From: Rhizophagus irregularis
Taxonomy: Eukaryota
Assembly: GCF_026210795.1 (NCBI RefSeq)
Contig: NC_089435.1
Location: 1,612,001 to 1,676,000, forward strand
Length of the DNA stretch: 64,000 nucleotides
Direction: 5' to 3'
Part shown: in pieces, positions 57,160 through 64,000 of the stretch
Layout of the letters: every line of letters begins with the position of its first letter
Numbering within the stretch: the first letter of the stretch is position 1
Made by a program: the position numbers and the translations under genes
Notes under the pieces: model-generated
Seen by the model: the letters and a program-made list of their open reading frames with translations, nothing else
Told to the model about the DNA's origin: nothing
Database searches by the model: none

Positions 57160-58560
57160 ATGTCATCTCTAAACGTAGACGTGCTTTTTTTAGTATTCGG
57201 AGAATTAGAAAGTGATAATAAATCTCTCTATTCATGTATTTTAGTTAATAAAGCTTGGTGTGCAACAGCGATACCAATTTTGTGGAGAAACCCTGGACAA
57301 TATTTAATTAAAAAACATTCAAAGAATATACTATCAAATGTAATACTTTCACATATACCAACGGATATTTTAAAATTTCTTGATTCCGAATTTTTTGAAA
57401 AAACATATCAACGACCTTTTTATAATTACATTCATTTCTGGAAATATTTGGATATAACTTATATAACTAACATATTTTCAAAATTTTCAACAGATAAATT
57501 CAATGAGATAATAAAGTTATTTATTAATAAGAATACAAAAATTAGTCATCTTACTATAGGCTATGGTTTTGATTGTCATGATTGTCGACTACATCTTATT
57601 CCGGGTGCCGAATGTTGCCTTTCAGAACTTGAATCTTTGCATGTTAATGTTGACATGAGAATAGATATTTTAGAAGGATTAGCTACAATTTGCAAATCAA
57701 TTAAAAAATTAAGAATTGATAGTTTATGTAGCTTTTATAACTCATATTACGGAATTATTAGACTAATTGAAGTACAAGAAAACCTAAATGATGTTGATAT
57801 TAGAAGACCTCTAATTGGTTGTGATGATTATAACAAAACCTTTGAAGAATCATTGATAAAGCATGCAGATACCATCAAATATTTGAGAATAAATTGGAAG
57901 CCTAATACAAGTATTCTTTCATATCTCGTAAATTTAGTGAGTATAGATTTAAAAGATACTCGTAAAGCAGATTGGAGCCAGTTAGAGGAAGTATCTTTAC
58001 CTCTTTTAAAAATTTTAAAAGCTAAAGCAATTCCATATAAATATATAGAAAATTTAATTAAAAGCACTAAAGGAAATCTTTCTGAGATAAGTATATGTTA
58101 TGATTCTCTCAATAGTAGAATGCTTATTCAAATAATTTATCACAATTGTCCAAATCTTAGATATCTTAAACTAGTATTGCTTGATAATATTGATTCATTA
58201 TTTATCAAAGCATTTGAAATTTTATTAACTAATAGTCAATTTTTGAATGAATTAAATATTAGAGTGAATAACGATACTTTTGGATGGAAGGAATTATTTG
58301 AAATTTTGACTAAATCATCATCAATTAATTTGTTTAAGTTTTATTTTTATTTTAACAAGAAATTTAAGTTAGAAGATTTAAAATTCTTTTTTGATAATTG
58401 GAAAGATAAAAATCCTATGTTGCTAATTATCAATACTTTTTCTTTAGTCAATAAAGTAAAACAAGAATCAGAAGATTTAATGCAAGAATATAAAACAAAT
58501 GGAATAATTAAGAGATTTGAGGTTTATAAAAATCATTATAAAGATTTTGAATGGAATTAA
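57160..58560 (+). CDS. F-box/LRR (RNI-like) protein, 466 aa
   Basis: Intact ORF; SLYSCILVNKAWCATAIPILWRNP, HNCPNLRYL, FFDNWKDK, ends FEWN. Confidence 0.88.
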   Translation: MSSLNVDVLFLVFGELESDNKSLYSCILVNKAWCATAIPILWRNPGQYLIKKHSKNILSNVILSHIPTDILKFLDSEFFEKTYQRPFYNYIHFWKYLDITYITNIFSKFSTDKFNEIIKLFINKNTKISHLTIGYGFDCHDCRLHLIPGAECCLSELESLHVNVDMRIDILEGLATICKSIKKLRIDSLCSFYNSYYGIIRLIEVQENLNDVDIRRPLIGCDDYNKTFEESLIKHADTIKYLRINWKPNTSILSYLVNLVSIDLKDTRKADWSQLEEVSLPLLKILKAKAIPYKYIENLIKSTKGNLSEISICYDSLNSRMLIQIIYHNCPNLRYLKLVLLDNIDSLFIKAFEILLTNSQFLNELNIRVNNDTFGWKELFEILTKSSSINLFKFYFYFNKKFKLEDLKFFFDNWKDKNPMLLIINTFSLVNKVKQESEDLMQEYKTNGIIKRFEVYKNHYKDFEWN

Positions 58561-58959
58561 AAAAAATTTTATATTTATCAACTAAATATACAACAGACAA
58601 CAACATATTCAATGATTGGTATATGCAAACTTTTACAAATATAAGATGGAAATTATGCATTATTTATTATTTTACAAATGTTAAAGAAAGTAATTTGGAC
58701 ACACTTAAATAAAAATTTGTTTGTTGTGTTTAAAGCTTCAAAATAGAATTGTTAGTGTTAAAAAAACGAAATACATGATCATGACTTATCATTGAATGTA
58801 AGCTATTACTGATAATAATAGTGATTTCTGAATTTTTTAACTTAAATAAGTAATTCTAAAATTACTGTATATGAAATTTACAAATAGTAACGGCAACTTC
58901 ATGGTAAATTACCTTTTTTGTTATTAGCGAGTGCTGCACTTCTGTTACTAATATCAGAC

Positions 58960-59545
58960 AGTATACTGGATCTTTGTCAAATAATAATACTAATATCTAT
59001 TGTCCATAAAAGCTATTACATTAAAAGAAATCGATAAATTTTCTTTCGTTTCTTCATTAAAATCTAAATCTCTTTCTTCTTTAATTTCATAACTTACTTC
59101 TTCTTTTACTTCTTCTAACCTTGCTAAAAGAGCATCATAAAAACTCCTCCATAAAATTGGCGACCAAACTTCTCCTTGATCTATTCTATCTTGCACATAA
59201 TACTCTTCCGTCATACTATTATTATTTACTATTACTTGTTAAATCTATTTAAATTTATATCCATCACTAAGTTAATGAAACTTTCCGGTAATCTTATTCT
59301 TTTCATACCTTTTCTAACATTGTTGTACTCGCTGAATCATAAGCTTTAGAAATATCCATTAATAAAATCCAAGCTTCTTTCTAATATTTATTCACGTCTT
59401 CAATTATACCTTGTATTATTTTTAAAGGTTAAAAAGTACTTTCATTCTTTAACGCTGCATAATTTGTATTAATTAAAAATTTTTTCTTTTGTTAAAATTT
59501 TACTTAACCTATTGACTAAGATTTTCAAAGAAAGCTTCCTAGCTG
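58960..59545 (-). pseudogene. Decayed LINE reverse-transcriptase fragment
   Basis: EAWILLMDISKAYDS, QGEVWSPILWRSFYDALL, NVIAFMD, with stops and frameshifts. Confidence 0.8.
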
Positions 59546-59892
59546 ACATCTGTCCGTACTAAATTATAAGCGCTAAGACATCCTTATAAGAGTCCTACAT
59601 ACTAATAAGATTTATAGTCCTGAGATAAGCTTGAAAACACCAATTTAACATTGCAATTTTCCAGAAACTGATTCATGAGAGAGTTTTTCTTTATTTACAA
59701 GACGTTAAAATTGGTCGCATTTTTAAAATTTTGTATTTATGTGTGATAACAATTTAATAGCAACTATTAAAAAAAAAACGCCACAGAATGCATTAGCATT
59801 GTATATCACTTTATCACACGATAAATACGACAAATTAAATTTCCACGCGTTATTTTGTTATATTTTGTTAACTGTTATGTAAATTATTTATG

Positions 59893-59923
<31 letters not shown>

Positions 59924-61619
59924 TAAATTTTATGACTCCTTAGTTATTAAAGTTTCTTAAAATTTTTCTTCTAAAATTTATATGTCTTTTTCTTCCCTAT
60001 TATTTTATTAGTTTACTATCATTGTATTTGTAGCATTGAGTTCAATAGGTTTTATACGATAAGCCATTAACCACGATTTATTAAATGGAATTAGTTTTTA
60101 TTTACATAAACGAAGAAGTTTGTGCGATCGATCAAGAGGGAACAAGGTTTGAAGGAACGAAGCGAAGTTAAATCATGGGCGATGAAGACGAATAACTTCT
60201 TGGTGCTGAGTTAGAAAATCATCAGTATGGCGAAACAAAGTGAAATAATGCACGAATACACCACGCTCAATGATGATTTCACAAAAAGGCTCAAGGACGA
60301 AAATTGCAAACAAGATGAAAGAGAAGTGGGAGAGAAAAGGCCGATGTTAGAGTCACCATCACCGCGAAAACCGAAAGAGTCGGAGGAAAAAAAGAAGACA
60401 AGAAGACAAGAAGAAGAATTTGGAAACTGGCATCTTATAATCTAAGTCACGTGATTTCGCGTAAAAAATTTTCCAATAAAAAAAAGATGCAAGTTTTTAG
60501 CTAGGAGAAATAACAAAAGATAAGGAACTAAATGTGGGGAAGAGGTCAACATATATACACTAGTTAGCATTTTTTTACTAGATTAGCGAGAGCTTCTCTT
60601 AATTTTAGTTTCTTAGTTTAGTTTAGTGTTATCTTTTAGGTTTTTAGTAGAGTTTAATTTAGTTAGGTCCAATATTGGTTTAGTTTTTACAGGTTTGTAT
60701 TTTTATTTATTTCTTTTTCGTCTCGTGTCGCACGAACGATTTCTAGGTATTTCTGAAATTGGATATTATCTATCCTTAATAAAGAGATGCGTTACAGTTT
60801 TTTTTTTAAAAAAAAGGAATAAGTTCTTATCATGAATCATATGCATAGTCTGCAAAGTCCGTGATAATTCTCTAAATCAGATATATCGATAATCGATATA
60901 CGTATCGGATAACCTGCATCTGTACCGACTGTACGTAATATTCGTAATAACGTAATCAATAGGCTATTGCAAATCATGTGATATTCTTTGAGAAATTCTT
61001 ATTTATATCACATGATATCAATTTTTTGTCAAAATAGAAAAAAAAACTTAAGAAAGAAATTCCATCTATTTAATGCTTATTGAACTTATTGAGAAAGGAG
61101 ACAATGTGAATTTCGCTCAGACTATTTCGCGTGATTTACACATAACAACAAAATCAAGGGTTGTTTTATTATTATTATTATTCGGTTGGGGATTAGTATC
61201 AAAAATATCAAAATTGTTATTTATTAGAGAAATGTATATTGATCATAAATAGGCTGAAATTATTTTAGGTGTGACAAAAATAACAAAAATAACAATTTTT
61301 TAATTAACTAAAAACGAAATAGGATTTTTCTTTATGAAAAAAAATAAGTACAACAATAAATAGTTGCTATAAAATTGTAGTGATCTGTAAATCAACTACG
61401 AAATTGTAAAATAGGTCCGCCATGAAAATAATGTTATTATATATAATAGTATAACAAAAGGTCGAAAGGTCCTCCTTTTTTTATAAAAAAAAAAAAATTT
61501 TTGAAAAAAATATATATTTTTTTTCTTTTTTGTTCTCCTAAAATAATTTTTCAATTATATCATTTTTTTCATTTTTTTTTTAAAAAAAAAAGGCTTTTAA
61601 CGTGTTTTAAAAAATCCTG

Positions 61620-63210
61620 GAAATAAAGATTCATTACCAGCAACTAATCCTCAACAATTGACAAAACCTTCATCCATATTAGGTGCTGCGGGATTTGCTT
61701 TTCAAAACTAATAGCCTAGGATAAAATCTTTTTCAACAGAAGATGAAGGAAGTGATAGTTCCGAAGATATAGATGACGAAACAACAGGTAGTGACTCAGA
61801 TGATTCTGTTACTAGAGAAAACCGGTTAAGCCAAAATCCAATATCCAAAATAAGAATAACAAGTTTGTCAATAATGTAAATGATAATCGGGATGACAAAG
61901 CGCCATCTATAATAAATAAAAAGCCTCACGCAACGAATATTATTTCAAATTTTAATAATTTTGAATTTCATTCTAATTTAAGAGCGTTAGAAGGTAGAGC
62001 AGGAAATGAAAATTATTCACAATCAGAAATTTCTTTTAGAAATAAAAAATCAAAATAAAATAATTTAAAACAATATGATGACAACTGAGGAACAAAGTTA
62101 TAATCGTTCAGATATTCGATCAGATGTTTCCTGGGGAAATGATCCATGTCAACAACAGCAATCATCACGGCAAGTAAAAAGTCCGACCGTAAAAATTAAT
62201 CCTAATTTTATTATAGAAGGTCAAGGGTTTACACCTAAATTATCTTTTTATATTAATAATAATGCAACCTTCTTGTCGTTATACAAATACAATGAATGGA
62301 GTACAAAATCATTCGATTCTCGTTTGGAAATCATGTATGAAGGAAGAGATAATGATAAAGTAGTATCTTCTAGGCATATTAACCCTATAATTAGAAATCC
62401 AAGGTTTAATTCATAGATAGGAATTCCAAAGACTATGTTAGATGTAACTTAGCAACCTAAAGAATTAAGAACAGAAGCTTCTAATTATGATAATCCCGGA
62501 TATCCTTCTTACGGAGGAAATTTATATCAACGTAAACCAACTGATGAAAGTACTTCTTATTCTGGTACTAGGTTATAAATCAACAATACAAAAACATAAA
62601 CCAAAGGTTTTTGTTGAACCACAAAGGAAAGTCTCTTCTTTTGCTCAATTGAATAAAGATGATGAGGATAATCTAGTAAAAATGAAGAAGAAAAGAAAGA
62701 AGAACAAGATGAAGAGATAGAAGAATTAATTAATATGACAGACGATGAAAATATTTAGAGAAAGGTAAATTGTAATTATGTTTCTAAATTCAAATAAAAA
62801 GCTTAACAAACATTTTATTTTTTCTTTAGTTACTTGAACTTCACCTTTCTGATAAGGAACTTCTTTCGTTAAATAAGCCACTTGAAGAACAAATTAATGA
62901 ACAATCATCTGAACTCGAAAACCTTTCATCTTTGAGTCATTGATAAAAACTCAAAAAGAACAACTTGAACATATAACTAATCTTGAAAATATAATAAAAG
63001 ATTTAACTACTAAATTATTTGAGCAAGAAACTCAAATTAAAACGATTAATGATGACAATGAAGAAAATAAAAAGGTTAGTTATTTATTATTAAATAAGCA
63101 AATCAAATAAAAAATTTATGAAATATCTATTTCACTTAGACAAAGGCGACATTATTTTATGATCCGAGAAATCTTCCTCTTCATACTTGCCAAGAATTAT
63201 ATTTGATAGA
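61620..63210 (+). pseudogene. Degenerate multi-exon gene of unknown function (acidic and coiled-coil segments)
   Basis: Coding-like stretches (STEDEGSDSSEDIDDE; LLELHLSDKELLSLNKPLEEQINEQ) with intron-like gaps at ~62765-62829 and ~63075-63139 and in-frame stops. Confidence 0.35.
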
Positions 63211-64000
63211 GGTGAGTAGTAAATATATGTAATTTAAATTTTTATAATAAACTTGTAGATACTAACTAAAAATTTATACTTTAATAATTTATGACGATTT
63301 GTCCATTCTTTATTTAGTTATCAAATCACTTCTGTATACTTTTTATATATTTCCAATATTAATATTTTTTAGAGTTACAAGAAACTTTTATGAAAAATCA
63401 AAGATTAAATTTATGGAAATTACTGCCGAATAAATAAATATTTTATCTATCTATATAGAATAGTAGAAGTTAAATTTGGATTTTTTCTTTGTAAAGGACA
63501 TTTCTAATACGTTGGCCGGTATTTAGGTTTTTCGCTTAGTCCTAATAAACTTCTCGTAATGACGTATATTCATTAAAGATATTAATAATATTTTAGTCTA
63601 TGGCGGTCTATTAATTTAATAATAAAAGTATTGCGTCATTAATTAATATATTATTTATTAATTTGACAATATTTAATATTTAATTCCAAATAATTTAGAA
63701 CTTTGTAATATATACTGTATTTAACAAATAAACAAATTTTAAAATATTAAAATTGGGATATATTTTAAAAGTGTACATGATTACATTGCCTTATAACTAG
63801 ATGTAGTGGCGCGATGATACGATTCATTACTTGAATAATTAAATAATTAATTGATGATATTTACTTTTTTTTGCTAAAATTGAATTGAACCAATTAGGGA
63901 TTAGAAACTTGAAAGATTCGATTTTCAATTCCAACGCCTAAGAGGCAGTAAGAGCCAATATTTCTTAAAAACAATTAATTAATTCATTAATCTGAAAATA

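Overview
Very AT-rich eukaryotic DNA. The gene families (HxDFHxGN/DLG TKL-type kinases, Sel1 repeats, intronless F-box/LRR paralogues, BTB) suggest a Glomeromycota, Rhizophagus-like fungus; this is an inference. Host content: one intact 1405-aa gene with 25 Sel1 repeats and a C-terminal kinase, five intact and two broken F-box/LRR paralogues, and kinase and BTB pseudogenes. Mobile content: MITEs, a foldback element, a Helitron 3' end and LINE copies. The centrepiece is a young 10.5-kb Ty3/gypsy LTR retrotransposon (28839-39387, minus strand; two apparently identical 625-bp LTRs, CCAG target duplication) nested in a MITE. Its layout is unusual. Gag carries a ~640-aa N-terminal extension with zinc-finger repeats, gag and pro are separated by UGA-CUA, and RT lies in the -1 frame behind a slippery heptamer. 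RT-RNase H then stops, a small coiled-coil ORF follows, and the integrase is a separate ORF fused to a thymidylate/deoxynucleotide-kinase-like P-loop domain. Just before the polypurine tract lies a degenerate tRNA-Gly-like cassette matching the tRNA predicted by the element's own primer-binding site. All calls come from reading the sequence; no searches were run.
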